From Minisyncoccia bacterium (GTDB lineage: Bacteria > Patescibacteriota > Minisyncoccia > SW-4-49-11), in assembly GCA_044356725.1 (NCBI GenBank), contig JBIKVS010000007.1:1-52498 (forward strand): DNA of 52,498 nt. Reading direction: 5' to 3'. The notes beneath the pieces are model-generated. The model worked only from the letters and a program-made list of their open reading frames with translations. It made no database searches and was not told the origin of the DNA. The translations under genes were made by a program, and so were the position numbers. Below, piece by piece: positions 10,367-19,844 of this stretch. How positions within the stretch are numbered: position 1 is the first letter of the stretch; every line of letters starts with the position of its first letter.

Positions 10367-11371
10367 TCAAATCACAAAGTTAGTTTCTTTTATAATTTCA
10401 TATAAATCTTTTATCCCTACCAGATTAATTGGGGCTTTACCATTGTCTTGAGACTCATTAATTGCACTTTTAGTAAAGTGACTAGTTGAAATAATAACTC
10501 CAAAGCTATTAAAACCAAGGCTTCCTCTTAAATTTGCAACTTCTTTTCTCCCAACTGAATGCTTCCATCTTTTAACTTGAAATTGATAATCTAAATTAAG
10601 ACTAAATCTATGTTTTAAAATAGCATTGACATCTATTCCATCATCACCACTTTTTTTAGTAACCTGAACATTGACAAATCCAGTATGTTTAATTAACTTT
10701 GACATCAAAACTTCAAATTCATAGGGGTTGATTTCTAATAAATTATTTCTTAAAGTTTCAATACTTTTTAAAGTATCTTCATTCAATTTTGGTATTATAA
10801 TGTCATCTTTTTTATTTTTAGTAAATAAAGAATCAATAACTGTATCTTCAGGTAGAATATCTTCTTTAAATTGATTATAAAGAGGTAAAAATATATTTTT
10901 AAAATTTTCAATTTTTAGAGTAGGAATATTTGAAAGAATTTGGAATTCAAAAAGCCAAACTAATCTTAACTCCCCTTGATTATCAAGTTGATAATCTTGG
11001 TAATATCTCAATAGGAATAAAAAGCCAATAAATTTATATTGATTAACTCCTTCTTTTAAAAACCCAAGTATTGGTACTGGTTTTTCTCTTTGTTCAATAA
11101 TTCTTTTATTTACTCCTGCTATATTTTGATCTCCCATTAAACCCGCTCCTGTATATGTCAAAATATCTTCTTCAATTTTATCAGCATAAGGATTTCTAAT
11201 TTTATTTTTGGTTTCCTCTAATGAAGTTATTAAAACTATAAAATCAAGTTCTTTATTTTTAATTTTTGGCCTAATTCCTCCTAAATTTGCAACTTCTAGA
11301 GCATATTTAATTTGATCATTTGAGTAACATTCACCAATTTTTAATGTATCTGGAATAAAAAATTTTTTCAT
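10367..11371 (-). CDS. SRA-like domain plus Mrr-type nuclease (candidate modification-dependent restriction enzyme)
   Basis: N-terminal GGIR..YADK....LTYTGAG.MGDQ....NK SRA-like signature; C-terminal PYEFE..GF..V..T..SGDDGIDV..QVKRW..STSHFT..A Mrr motif. Confidence 0.8.
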   Translation of the reverse strand: MKKFFIPDTLKIGECYSNDQIKYALEVANLGGIRPKIKNKELDFIVLITSLEETKNKIRNPYADKIEEDILTYTGAGLMGDQNIAGVNKRIIEQREKPVPILGFLKEGVNQYKFIGFLFLLRYYQDYQLDNQGELRLVWLFEFQILSNIPTLKIENFKNIFLPLYNQFKEDILPEDTVIDSLFTKNKKDDIIIPKLNEDTLKSIETLRNNLLEINPYEFEVLMSKLIKHTGFVNVQVTKKSGDDGIDVNAILKHRFSLNLDYQFQVKRWKHSVGRKEVANLRGSLGFNSFGVIISTSHFTKSAINESQDNGKAPINLVGIKDLYEIIKETNFVI

Positions 11372-11381
11372 AAATTTAATT

Positions 11382-11627
11382 CTAGTAAAAATAGTTTTCT
11401 AACAATACATCAATATCTTGTTGCATTATAATATAGCCAGAAACATCATCAAGCCATTTTTTCACTTCTTTTTTAGTCTTACACTTAAAAAGAGTGTTTA
11501 ACTTTGTAGATTTAGGTTCTTGATTAATAATAAAATTTCTAACATCATCATAAAAATATTCCCCAAAGTCTTCTGGTTTTTTATCTGCTAGTTCGTTAAG
11601 CCATTTTATAATTTTTTCCTTATTCAT
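11382..11627 (-). CDS. Hypothetical protein
   Basis: 81-aa ORF co-oriented with and tightly packed upstream of the SRA-Mrr gene. Confidence 0.6.
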   Translation of the reverse strand: MNKEKIIKWLNELADKKPEDFGEYFYDDVRNFIINQEPKSTKLNTLFKCKTKKEVKKWLDDVSGYIIMQQDIDVLLENYFY

Positions 11628-11818
11628 AATGGGATTATAACATAATTTAAACTTTGTTTATATCTATAAGGATCTGAAAAATTTAAATCAAAAGTAATTT
11701 TTGCATTTTTATCAAAATCATTAGAGAATACACAGCTAAATCCAGCATTTTCAAAACCTATTTTAATTCCACCTATCCCAGCAAATAGATCTATAAATTT
11801 TAAACTTTTTATATCCAT
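11624..11818 (-). pseudogene. N-terminal fragment of a C5-cytosine DNA methyltransferase
   Basis: KFIDLFAGIGG (motif I)..GF..VFSNDFD..A..TF..NF, truncated before the catalytic PC motif. Confidence 0.88.
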
Positions 11819-11940
11819 ATATTTTAAGTTTATTCTATATTCATATTATATCATAAATTAAAAATATTGTAGATATATTTTATATTTCCAAACTCATCTT
11901 GAATAGGTTATAATATATTTATAAATTATATCCTAAACCC

Positions 11941-12432
11941 ATGCTATATTTATCTGGAAAAGAAGAAAAAGAGGCTCTTGCTTATATTACTAAAGCTACT
12001 CAAATAGCCCAAAATGCAACTTGTCAAAGATCTAAATGCGGATCTATAATTGTCAAAGAAAATGAAATTATAGGTACTGGATATAATAGTCCTCCTCAAG
12101 AAATTGAATCTCAGAGAAGATGCTCCTTTCCCAAAGATGAATACCATAAAAAAGTGACTGACAAAACCTGTTGTATTCATGCCGAACAAAGAGCAATTAT
12201 GGATGCCTTGAGTAAAAACCCTACAAAACTAATTAGCTCCAGACTATACTTTATTAGACTTGATGATAAAAATAATCCCTCAAAAGCTGGGGAACCTTAT
12301 TGTACTATTTGTAGCAAAATGGCTCTAGATGTAGGAATTTCAGAATTTGTTTTATGGAATGATAAAGGAGTATGTGTCTATGAAACTAAAGAGTATAATA
12401 TTCTTTCTTTTCAATATGGACTTGAGGGGTGA
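11941..12432 (+). CDS. dCMP/cytidine deaminase-family zinc protein
   Basis: ATC.RSKCGSII, GTGYN, HAE, PYCTIC. Confidence 0.9.
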   Translation: MLYLSGKEEKEALAYITKATQIAQNATCQRSKCGSIIVKENEIIGTGYNSPPQEIESQRRCSFPKDEYHKKVTDKTCCIHAEQRAIMDALSKNPTKLISSRLYFIRLDDKNNPSKAGEPYCTICSKMALDVGISEFVLWNDKGVCVYETKEYNILSFQYGLEG

Positions 12433-12460
12433 GTTTTTTGAATTAAATAAATAAATTTTT

Positions 12461-13168
12461 CTATATCTTTTTAATTAATATTTTTTTCAAGGTATAACCA
12501 ATATCAGTAAGATATGTAATTCGTTCTCCTCCCTCAACAACATACTTATCTGACATATTATAGTCATCTTGGTCTCGAATTGCAATTGGTCCTGTGTCTA
12601 TAATACATATTCCTGCATTAATTAGACTATTATCAAAATCAGTTAACCCATTTTCATATTGTGTTATGTCTCTTTCAATATCACTTACTTTTGTATTTAT
12701 AAATTGTTCTATGTCTTGCAAAATTAGTTTCTGAATGATTGTTGACCCTCTTAAAAATTCTTGATATGTAATCTCTTCTTTTAAAAATGCCTTAAATAAA
12801 ATAGCAATATATTTAGCTATAATGTGGTCTTCAGCTCTATCAACTATATAAAGAAGTTTCTCTCCGATTTTAATTTTTTCCTTTTCTGAATTGTCAATTT
12901 CAGAAATTAGTTCTCGTCTTTTTTTTGAGTCAATATCTCTCAACTCTGAAATAAAATAAACTAATTTTTTAATCAATAATCTATCCTTTAAGTTAAGTGT
13001 AGTTTTTGCTAGCCCAATTATTGTTCCAATAATTGGAATATCTTTCAATAGTCCCTCTGAAAGTAGAGTGTCTGAAAAAGTTTCTGCCAAATCAGTTGTA
13101 ACACTTTGTAGATCCGCATCTTTTAATGTATCTCCAAATGAGTTAGAAAGTTTATTTAGCTCATTCAT
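12461..13168 (-). CDS. Hypothetical protein (loosely Abi-alpha/DUF4393-like)
   Basis: 235-aa helical ORF with GLLKDIPIIGTI..DRLLIKKL; family call is weak. Confidence 0.6.
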   Translation of the reverse strand: MNELNKLSNSFGDTLKDADLQSVTTDLAETFSDTLLSEGLLKDIPIIGTIIGLAKTTLNLKDRLLIKKLVYFISELRDIDSKKRRELISEIDNSEKEKIKIGEKLLYIVDRAEDHIIAKYIAILFKAFLKEEITYQEFLRGSTIIQKLILQDIEQFINTKVSDIERDITQYENGLTDFDNSLINAGICIIDTGPIAIRDQDDYNMSDKYVVEGGERITYLTDIGYTLKKILIKKI

Positions 13169-13211
13169 AGTTAATTTTTGATATTTCTACAAGACTATCT
13201 ATCGATTTTAG

Positions 13212-13694
13212 TTAGACCTCAATATTTAAGGAATTTTTAATTTCCTCTATACGAGAATTACTAAATTGCCATAGTTCTCCGTCAATTAAATACCCGTCTT
13301 CCATTCTACTAATTTGTAATTGAGGGAGTTGAGTAGAAAAATATGCATCATTGAATTCTGTATTATTAAATTTTTCAGCTATTCTTTGAATTGCTTCTTT
13401 ATCGTCTATGAAAGTAGTCAGCGTAGTAAGAATTTTTTCTAGGTTATCTCTGGCCTCATAATCTCCATTTTTATGATGATAATGTAACATTTTAACTAAT
13501 GCTCCAACTAATAAATATTTTGGATAAGGTAGTATGGATTCTGGTACTTTCATAAGAAATAAAAAATATACAAACCCAGCATGTTCAAGAAATAATCCCA
13601 ATACTCTAACAATTTTATCCGCTTCTTCCAAAGTTATTAATTCTGATATGTTTGATCTTATCATCTGATCAAGGTCATAGTTTACATTACTCAT
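13212..13694 (-). CDS. Hypothetical protein
   Basis: 160-aa ORF, no recognised motif. Confidence 0.65.
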   Translation of the reverse strand: MSNVNYDLDQMIRSNISELITLEEADKIVRVLGLFLEHAGFVYFLFLMKVPESILPYPKYLLVGALVKMLHYHHKNGDYEARDNLEKILTTLTTFIDDKEAIQRIAEKFNNTEFNDAYFSTQLPQLQISRMEDGYLIDGELWQFSNSRIEEIKNSLNIEV

Positions 13695-13760
13695 GATTAT
13701 TTTCTTATACTATACATAAATTGTAATTGAAGTTTTTAATTAAGTCAATATAATTAACAT

Positions 13761-13882
13761 TGCGGAGAGAGGGAGATTATGAACTTGTCGCAAATGGGAT
13801 TCACTCCTTGAAACCACTCGGTTTCAATACTTCCTCTACGGGAAACTCCCATTTCCCGACCCCTTCCCTGAGTTCGAATATC
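13761..13882 (-). repeat. Degenerate copy of the tRNA-Ser 3' end with an inserted repeat module
   Basis: TGCGGAGAGAGGGAGATTATGAAC (13761-13784) resembles TGCGGAGAGTAAGAGATTCGAAC (13938-13960); followed by the GTCGCAAAT...TTTCCCGACCCCTT module also seen at 27591-27681 and 50521-50652. Confidence 0.7.
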
Positions 13883-13939
13883 TTTTTACTAAAACACTTA
13901 AATTAAAACTTAGGATAAATATCTTTATCTTTAATTTTG

Positions 13940-14025
13940 CGGAGAGTAAGAGATTCGAACTCTTGATACCTTGCGGTATACACGCTTTCCAAGCGTGCGC
14001 ACTAGACCAACTATGCGAACTCTCC
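13940..14025 (-). tRNA. tRNA-Ser(GGA)
   Basis: GGAGAGT acceptor stem, CACGC-TTGGAAA-GCGTG anticodon arm, long variable arm, GTTCGAATC T-loop; CCA not encoded. Confidence 0.97.
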
Positions 14026-14116
14026 TATATCCTGATTATTTTATCATATATTTGATTTATTGACTAGATGTATATATTATAGTAATATGTTTTATATTAT
14101 CAAATAAAATATTTTT

Positions 14117-14371
14117 ATGAACGTACAAGATATTGTTATTACTATTGCCACTATTATACTTTCTATATCCCTTATTCCTCAAGTTATATTAGGTTTTAAA
14201 AATAAAACTCAAAGTATTAGTTATATTACATCTATATCTTCTCTTATATCTTTATTTGTTATGGCAGCTGCTTTTGCTTCTCTTGAACTCTGGTTGTCTG
14301 CTACTATCACTGTACTCAATGCAATCCCATGGTTAATATTTACCATACAGAGATTTATATATAAAAAATAG
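14117..14371 (+). CDS. PQ-loop/SemiSWEET-like small membrane protein
   Basis: 84 aa, three TM helices, LIPQV motif followed by K...IS. Confidence 0.8.
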   Translation: MNVQDIVITIATIILSISLIPQVILGFKNKTQSISYITSISSLISLFVMAAAFASLELWLSATITVLNAIPWLIFTIQRFIYKK

Positions 14372-14412
14372 TAAATTTTTGGTTGTTTGGCTAGTAGTTA
14401 CTTTCATGCTAC

Positions 14413-14615
14413 ATTGTGAATTGTAATTATGTCCTCCTTTGGAGGAGGTGGTACGAAGTGCTGGTGGGTGGATAGAGTGTAGTATTATTATAAACAAGAA
14501 TTTATTTTATTATTTTAAGTATTATCCTACCTCCCCCTTCGGGTACTCCCTCCAAAGGGAGACAAAATAAATTTCAATCTCAAAACAATTTCTACGATGT
14601 TTCTCATCTTTTTCA
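14413..14615 (+). repeat. Palindromic intergenic element, copy 2
   Basis: Same two modules, AT-rich spacer and right end as 3239-3420. Confidence 0.88.
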
Positions 14616-14662
14616 ATGTAGGGATAATAAATTGTAAATTTTGCATTACATCTACCTTTATT

Positions 14663-15403
14663 TTATGAGGCATTCAATATCAATAGCAAATCTTTTTCCC
14701 AATTGAAGGACGTTGTTTCCATATTTTGTAATTTTTCTACAGCTTTTAGGCAGTTTGCATCTTTTTTGATAAATTTTTTCAATAATTCCACTATATCTAT
14801 CATAAAATCTCCTACTGTTCCGTCTGAATCGTCTACCCCATTCATTAATTTTTTTTCTAATCTCAGTAGTATTTTTACTAAAATTTTAGCTGTCTGCAAA
14901 CTAACTGGCAATTTAGATATAATTGGTATCATTCTATCTACTCCTTCACATAATGAGGCTTGATAAGCATCCCAATATCTCGATGAGCCAGAATATAGTT
15001 TAATATATTTCATATTTTTTGTAATTTCTTGCTCAAATTTCTCTAGTTTATCTGCAGTTAATTCTCCTAATTTATTGCTAAACTCTAAAGTGGCTAAATA
15101 TGCCCTTTCTTGTTTTGTAAGAGGTTTATCATTTTTAATTACACTCAAAGCTGCTGCTACCAAGTGTTTGCAGTATATATTTTTCTGGCCGACATAGCAG
15201 TCACAAAAAGAATAGTCAAATGCTTTTAGATATATAGTCACAGAGTATGTTTGAGTTCCTTGAACCTCAAGTTCAAACACTTTTTCTCCTAATTCAGATT
15301 TTGATTTTATTTTTCCAGCTTCATACATAGCTACGCCTTTATCATAAGTTTCTTTTCCTACAGTATATTTTAACTTATCAATTGTAATTTCTGATGATGC
15401 CAT
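14663..15403 (-). CDS. SWIM zinc-finger protein
   Basis: VQGTQTYSV..CDC......CKHLVA; DDSDG motif. Confidence 0.88.
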   Translation of the reverse strand: MASSEITIDKLKYTVGKETYDKGVAMYEAGKIKSKSELGEKVFELEVQGTQTYSVTIYLKAFDYSFCDCYVGQKNIYCKHLVAAALSVIKNDKPLTKQERAYLATLEFSNKLGELTADKLEKFEQEITKNMKYIKLYSGSSRYWDAYQASLCEGVDRMIPIISKLPVSLQTAKILVKILLRLEKKLMNGVDDSDGTVGDFMIDIVELLKKFIKKDANCLKAVEKLQNMETTSFNWEKDLLLILNAS

Positions 15404-15515
15404 AGAATTATATTAATAATATCTTATATCTATATTATATAATATTATTTGCCAAAAAGCTACTTTTTAGCTATAATATATAGGATTTTGAATATTAACT
15501 TTAAGAGATATAGAT

Positions 15516-18233
15516 ATGGATACTTCTAGCAAACCAGATGCTCTGACACGAGTTTCTCTTTTCTTTGTGAATAAATGGCGAATTAGTCTTTTATTGTCTA
15601 TTGGACTTATCGTATTGGGAGTATTTTCTTTTACTACTTTTCTCAAAAGAGAGGGTTTCCCTACTATTGAAGTACCTGTGGCAGTGATACAGACTCCTTA
15701 TTTTGTGGATGATAAGGCTTTGGTAGATAAAGATGTCACTCAAGTGATTGAGGCTAGTATAGGAGATATTACTGAGATTAAATCGATTAATTCTACTACA
15801 GCGGATAATTTTTCTAATATTCTAGTTGAGTTCAAGGGTGACATTACTTCCAAAGATGGAGCAGAATTGCTAAAAGAGGCTGTAGCTGAGGCTAATTTAC
15901 CTGAGCAAGCTAAGCCGAATTTCCTTACCTTTAATGCCTCAGCTTTTGATGGTGAAAATGATTTGGTGTTTAGTTTAATTGGTGAGAATAAATCTATTAC
16001 TGATTTACAAAATAAAGCTAACTTTATTGTTAAAGAAATCGAATCTGTCCCAGCTGTGACCAAGGCGAATGTTACAGCTCTGCAAGAATTACAGACTAAT
16101 CCTATTACAGGAGATTCTAGTCTTGAGCAGGTTAAATTTGGTAGAGCTGCTTACCGTGACAAAGATGATAAATTAATTTTCAGAGATGCTATTCTAATTG
16201 GAGCTGTCCGAGATACTAGTGTTGGGACTATTGATTTTTCTAAGGCTATTCAAGAAAAAGTTCAAAAGCTCAAGGATGCTGGTGATTTAGATGGATATGA
16301 GGTTGTCTTTGGTGGTGGAGATAGTTCTGGATCTTTGATTCAGCAATTATCTGTATTGGAGGAAAGTGCTATAACTGGACTGATTGCTGTTATGATTGTG
16401 CTATTACTAACACTTAACTGGAGAGCTTCATTTATTATTGCCCTTTTCATCCCTATTTCTATCTGTTTTACCTTGATTGGATTATATCTGATTGGATATT
16501 CTCTTAATACTCTGTCTCTATTTGGACTTATTTTGGTTATTGGTCTTATTGCAGATGATGCGATTTTGGTTATTGATGCTATAGATAGCTCTCGTAAGGC
16601 TGGGTATAAGGGGAAGAAAGCTGTAATTCATGCTATCAATACCGTGGGTCTGGCTGATGTTTCTGGGACAGTGACTACAATTTTGGCTTTTGCACCTTTA
16701 GCAGCTGTGTCTGGGATTTTGGGTGAATTTATTCGATTAATTCCAATTACTGTTATCTTAACTTTAGCTCTATCTTTGATTATTGGACTAACCCTTGTAC
16801 CATTTATTGCTAATTATGTTTTGCCTCATTATGAAGCTGAAACAGGAATTAAGCCAAATCGTAAGGGACTTTCTAAAATTTGGTATAATATATTGTATTT
16901 TGTACCTCATATAATTGATTGGGTTAATATTAGAGTTTATCAGTTTATACATTGGTATCTAGATAATATTTGGAGGAGTTTAGCTGTATTCATAGTTACT
17001 ATTGCCTTGATAGTAGGAGGCTTTCTATTTGCTGGCAAATTAGAGTTTTCTATTTTTGCTCCAGCCAAAGACACCAATGAAATTACCATCACTACTTCCC
17101 TACTAGATAATCAGGATATTGCCAAAGCTAAGTCTAAAATCAAGGAAATCGAAAAAATTGTCAAAGATACTAATGCTGAATATATCCAAGATATAGCTTA
17201 CTTTAATACAGATGCCAAAGGTGCTCTGATGTATGTGACATTAACACCACTCAATGACAGGGATAAAAAGGCTCCTGCTATTGTAGAGGATTTACAAAAA
17301 TCAATTGATGACAATGAAAATCTCAAAGATGCTAGAATCAAAGTTCAACAAGCCGGAGCTGGTCCTCCAACTGATGAATATCAGATAACTTTCCAGATTT
17401 TCTCGGATGACCAAAAGACTCTAGAGAATAGCACCAAGGAAGTCTTAGATTTTGCTAAAGATATAGATTTGGCTGATGGTGAGATTAAAGATGCTATAAT
17501 TAGCAATCTAGATACAGTTAGTAAAAAAGATGGTAAAAGATATGCTTCAGTACAAGTATCTGTCTCAGATGGAGAGAATACTGCTCTAGTTCTTGAAGCT
17601 CAAAATGCTATTAAAGATAAATTTGAGACAGATGCATTTAGAGATAAATATAATTTAGAAAAAGATGCAGTAGCCTTTGATTTAGGACAACAAGGAGAGA
17701 ATTTAGAATCATTTAATTCAGCCATTTTTGCTCTGATTCTAGCAATTATTATAATGTATGTATTGCTGGTATTACAGTTTAATTCTCTGACTCAACCATT
17801 CTTAATCTTAGTGGCTGTACCATTCTCTTTCCCTGGTCTATTCTTAGGACTATATTTGACAGATAATCCTTTGAGCTTCTTCTCAATGATTGGAATTACA
17901 GGACTAGTTGGTATTGTAGTTAATAATACAATTCTATTATTAGATTATGCTAATGTAATCAGAGAAGAGACTGGTTCTATCAAAGAAGCTATCTCTGAGG
18001 CCATAAAATACCGATTTAGAGCACTGATTACAACCACCCTATCAACATTAGTCGGAATATTACCTCTGGCCTTCACTGACCCATTCTGGGAAGGACTTGC
18101 TTATGCTTTAGTCTTTGGGTTAACCTCTAGTACATTATTGGTAATATTTGCCTACCCTGTATTCTATGCAATATTAGAACATATCCGAAGATTTACTTGG
18201 AGAAAAGTTTTTAAGAATACAAATTTTAAGTAA
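15516..18233 (+). CDS. RND (AcrB/SwrC-like) efflux transporter
   Basis: REGFP, IGLIADDAILV, GILGEFI, GLVGIVVNNTILL, RFRALITT; two-repeat TM architecture. Confidence 0.95.
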   Translation: MDTSSKPDALTRVSLFFVNKWRISLLLSIGLIVLGVFSFTTFLKREGFPTIEVPVAVIQTPYFVDDKALVDKDVTQVIEASIGDITEIKSINSTTADNFSNILVEFKGDITSKDGAELLKEAVAEANLPEQAKPNFLTFNASAFDGENDLVFSLIGENKSITDLQNKANFIVKEIESVPAVTKANVTALQELQTNPITGDSSLEQVKFGRAAYRDKDDKLIFRDAILIGAVRDTSVGTIDFSKAIQEKVQKLKDAGDLDGYEVVFGGGDSSGSLIQQLSVLEESAITGLIAVMIVLLLTLNWRASFIIALFIPISICFTLIGLYLIGYSLNTLSLFGLILVIGLIADDAILVIDAIDSSRKAGYKGKKAVIHAINTVGLADVSGTVTTILAFAPLAAVSGILGEFIRLIPITVILTLALSLIIGLTLVPFIANYVLPHYEAETGIKPNRKGLSKIWYNILYFVPHIIDWVNIRVYQFIHWYLDNIWRSLAVFIVTIALIVGGFLFAGKLEFSIFAPAKDTNEITITTSLLDNQDIAKAKSKIKEIEKIVKDTNAEYIQDIAYFNTDAKGALMYVTLTPLNDRDKKAPAIVEDLQKSIDDNENLKDARIKVQQAGAGPPTDEYQITFQIFSDDQKTLENSTKEVLDFAKDIDLADGEIKDAIISNLDTVSKKDGKRYASVQVSVSDGENTALVLEAQNAIKDKFETDAFRDKYNLEKDAVAFDLGQQGENLESFNSAIFALILAIIIMYVLLVLQFNSLTQPFLILVAVPFSFPGLFLGLYLTDNPLSFFSMIGITGLVGIVVNNTILLLDYANVIREETGSIKEAISEAIKYRFRALITTTLSTLVGILPLAFTDPFWEGLAYALVFGLTSSTLLVIFAYPVFYAILEHIRRFTWRKVFKNTNFK

Positions 18234-18265
18234 AAAAAAAGAGGTAGCTCATTGAGCTACCTTTG
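18234..18265. terminator. Intrinsic terminator
   Basis: AGGTAGCTC-ATT-GAGCTACCT stem with a flanking A-tract. Confidence 0.75.
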
Positions 18266-18375
18266 GGTTTTGTATGAAGTAATTGAGAGTGAAATCTATT
18301 GGGGCATTTGTCTCGCCCACTCAGCCTCGAGATCCTTCATATGACCTGTTGTATCTTGCCCAGCATATACTGTAT

Positions 18376-18630
18376 AAGATGAGGATATCGTAGACAAAGA
18401 ATCAAGGAGTGAAAGTAATATATAGAGTATCAAATAATTAACTGTCCTCCTTTGGAGGAGGTGGCACAAAGTGCCGGAGGAGGACTAAGTCTAATGTTGT
18501 TGTTATAAAGTTTATTCTAATATTTTAGTATTTCAAGTGTAGTCCTCCCTCCCCCTACGGGTACTCCCTCCAAAGGGAGACAAAATAAAGTTCACCCTTA
18601 AAATATTGTCTACGATGTTTCTCATCTTTT
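18376..18630 (+). repeat. ~255-bp palindromic intergenic element, copy 3
   Basis: Inverted termini AAGATGAGGATATCGTAGACAA (18376-18397) and TTGTCTACGATGTTTCTCATCTT (18606-18628); same internal modules as copy 1. Confidence 0.88.
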
Positions 18631-19761
18631 TTATTTAGATTTTTTCCAGAAGATTTTCTTAGATATTTCTTGTGGAAGATAACTTTTTGTATCATATAAT
18701 TCATACTCTTTCCCATATCCCAAATCTTTCATCATGTTAGTAGGAGCATTCCGAATATTCAATGGAACTGAAAGATTACCTGATTGTTTAACTTCTCTCT
18801 GGGCTTGTTTAATCCCCTCATATACCCGCCTATCCTTGGGAGCTTGAGATAAATATACAACTCCATGAGCCAGATTAATTGATGCTTCTGGAATGCCCAC
18901 CACCTCTACTGCTCGAAATACTTCATTTGCGACGACAAGAGCTGTTGGGAGAGCTATTCCAATATCTTCACTCGCAAAAATAATCATTCTTCGAGCAATA
19001 AATTTAGGATCTTCTCCCCCTTCTAGCATACGGGCAAGATAATATAAAGCTGCATCTACTTGACTAGCTCTCATACTTTTAATAAAGGCACTAATGACAT
19101 CATAATGCTCCTCCCCTGCCCTATCATATCTAAGATTGGTATCCTTTAAAATGTCTTCAATCTTCTCAATACTAAGAGTATCTGAATACATAGAATTGGC
19201 TCTCTCGTAAATTCCCAGAGCCTTACGGGCATCTCCATTAGCATATTTTGCAATATACTGACTGATAATAATATCCTGAAGTCCTGCTTGAGCCAATATA
19301 GCTTGTAATTCCTCCACAGTAAGAGTAGTAAGCGTATAGATAATACAACGAGATTGTAATGCTGATATAATCTCGAAGCTAGGGTTCTCTGTGGTAGCTC
19401 CAATCAAAATTAGAGTTCCATCTTCTACAAAAGGAAGTAAGTAATCCTGCTGAGCTTTATTAAAACGATGTATCTCATCCAGGAATAAAATCTTTTGTTG
19501 TTCAGTATCATCTTTGATAATTGATTCTATATCTTTTTTACCTGCTCTTACCGCTGAGACTTCATATAATTTTCCATCAATTGCATTACTATATATACGA
19601 GCTAATGTAGTTTTACCCACTCCAGGAGGCCCCCACAAAATAAAGGATTGTGGTAATTGCTGTGTAATACACAGATATAAGGGTTTCCCCTCTCCTACAA
19701 GGTGTTTTTGCCCTATAAAGGTGTCTAATGTTAGAGGTCTAATAGTATCTGCAAGTGGCAT
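18631..19761 (-). CDS. rarA: Replication-associated recombination protein A (RarA/MgsA)
   Basis: PLADTIRP, WGPPGVGKTT, DEIHRFNKAQQD, GATTENPSF, YDVISAFIKSMR, ASEDIG. Confidence 0.97.
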   Translation of the reverse strand: MPLADTIRPLTLDTFIGQKHLVGEGKPLYLCITQQLPQSFILWGPPGVGKTTLARIYSNAIDGKLYEVSAVRAGKKDIESIIKDDTEQQKILFLDEIHRFNKAQQDYLLPFVEDGTLILIGATTENPSFEIISALQSRCIIYTLTTLTVEELQAILAQAGLQDIIISQYIAKYANGDARKALGIYERANSMYSDTLSIEKIEDILKDTNLRYDRAGEEHYDVISAFIKSMRASQVDAALYYLARMLEGGEDPKFIARRMIIFASEDIGIALPTALVVANEVFRAVEVVGIPEASINLAHGVVYLSQAPKDRRVYEGIKQAQREVKQSGNLSVPLNIRNAPTNMMKDLGYGKEYELYDTKSYLPQEISKKIFWKKSK

Positions 19762-19795
19762 AAGTAATATATTAATATGTATAGTATATCATAAA

Positions 19796-19830
19796 TACAA
19801 AAGCTGGATTTTTTGTATCCAGCTTTTGTA
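19796..19830. terminator. Terminator after fusA
   Basis: TACAAAAGCTGGAT / ATCCAGCTTTTGTA 14-bp inverted repeat. Confidence 0.8.
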
Positions 19831-19844
19831 AATAGTAGCCTTGA

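Noticed and set aside
18296-18433. 46-codon minus-strand ORF (..GHMKDLEAEWARQMPQ*) upstream of the hairpin at 18242
   Set aside because: TTG start inside the repeat element, no recognisable motif; at most a gene remnant.
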